From Lytechinus pictus (lineage: Eukaryota): a stretch of 64,000 nt of DNA. Of the stretch, positions 62,801 through 64,000 are shown piece after piece. Each line of letters begins with the position of its first letter. Position 1 is the stretch's first letter. Below the pieces are notes generated by a model, which did not search any database, was not told the DNA's origin, and worked only from the letters and a program-made list of their open reading frames with translations. Where the stretch lies: NCBI RefSeq assembly GCF_037042905.1, contig NC_087245.1, positions 17,052,001-17,116,000 on the forward strand, written 5' to 3'. The position numbers and the translations under genes are program-made.

Positions 62801-64000
62801 AAACAGTGATAACTCCCACGAATAGTCATTTTAAAAATATAAGTTTTCACGTGAAAAACGATTTCATTAAAAAAGATACCTTGAAATATTTAAAGAAGCT
62901 TGCAAGGTCTTGCTCTAAATGTTATTTTTGTTATAATTCTGTATCATAAACACAACAATTACGATGAGAAACAGATAAACGGACGCATGTGTAGGCATAT
63001 AATACTTTGTGAAGAACCCGTAAACTCGCCTACACAATAATTGTAAAATCTTAAACTGTTGCTTTTTGTGCATTACAATGCACATTATCCCACGAGGCCA
63101 GTTAGCTGTCGAGTATTCTTTTGTAGGACCGCACACGTCGGGTTATTTGTAGACTGATGGGGGCATTTTAAGAAAGGGGGCTTTTTTATTTTTCTTTCTT
63201 TACTTCCTATACATGTACATCTGAAACGAAGGGGTATAATTGGTTAGGTCTGTATTCCGTGCAATTTCGGATGAGTAAAGTCATGACATCTATTTCGACG
63301 ACCCCCCTCCTCCACTAATATTATTTCCGTATCTTCGGAAGGAGGGGGGGGGTGAAGACGGCAGAATGCCCTTTGCCGCCCCTGCCAAATGTATAGTGTA
63401 ATAAAAAGAGAGAGAGGAGAGGTGTTCATACTGTGGAAGGGGGTTTTCTGCCCCCTCTCCCGTGGAGTTTTCCAGGTAACTATATCATGTACATAGTGTA
63501 TTACTAGACCTCTAAGATCGATTTTCATTTCATTTATCCTGTTACCCGAAATATATTTTTATATTGCTAAAACCCTCTGAAAAGATAAAATAAAGCTAGA
63601 AAGATATATATTACAAGCAAGAAAAAACTTTTTTTTTTTTTTTTTTTTTTGGGGGGGGTCGCTTATCCTTCACCCACCCGTGCAGATAACCATGGGCAGT
63701 GTTATTACGTCTATGACCTCTCTTACCACTTAAATTAAAATAAGTGTGACATAACTGATCATTTGATGAAAAGACTCAGGCACCAGTTAAAAATGTATTG
63801 CATTGTATTCCCATTCCCGAATGCATGGAATGGATCCTATTGTGATTCCAAACGACTGTTCAACTCCGAAGACAACCGACTCTTGTTCCCTTACCCTTTC
63901 AGGTTTCTATTGGGGGAGAATGTGTACAAAAGCTATCTATACTCGTAAACAAATACGATCTTTGTTTGTAAATTTTCAAGAGTCGTACTATAGTATTCAA

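Noticed and set aside
63903..63971. Strong acceptor (pyrimidine tract plus cag at 63900-63902) as the next MLCK exon
   Set aside because: Phase-0 translation VSIGGECVQKLSILVNKYDLCL* does not resemble the conserved continuation of the calmodulin-binding helix.

Overview
AT-rich, repeat-dense, intron-rich animal genomic DNA; the poly-G runs and repeat families suggest an echinoderm (probably sea urchin), which is inference only. Almost all ORFs in the supplied track are spurious. Two spliced + strand genes can be rebuilt by hand. (1) The last four exons of an EFCAB3-like gene (453-586, 1520-1752, 2256-2402, 2963-3133 with stop), whose first in-window intron appears to use a GC donor. (2) Six phase-compatible exons of a myosin light chain kinase (37143-37212, 46779-46982, 48260-48497, 49533-49636, 50035-50187, 56403-56532) encoding an intact kinase domain and the start of the autoinhibitory/calmodulin-binding segment. 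No Ig or Fn3 exons are visible upstream of the kinase, a candidate muscle-type promoter and micro first exon lies at ~4.1-4.4 kb, and the 3' end probably lies outside the window. The rest is mostly non-autonomous DNA transposons classed by termini and target-site duplications (TTAA Kolobok-like, 8-bp hAT-like, 3-bp Harbinger/PHIS-like, 7-bp P-like), plus tRNA-derived SINEs, a truncated CR1/L2-type LINE and microsatellites. The most unusual structures are a four-level transposon nest at 22.5-25.5 kb and several 16-30 bp fused-TIR stubs that look like P-element excision footprints. I found no evidence for a new multi-gene system.
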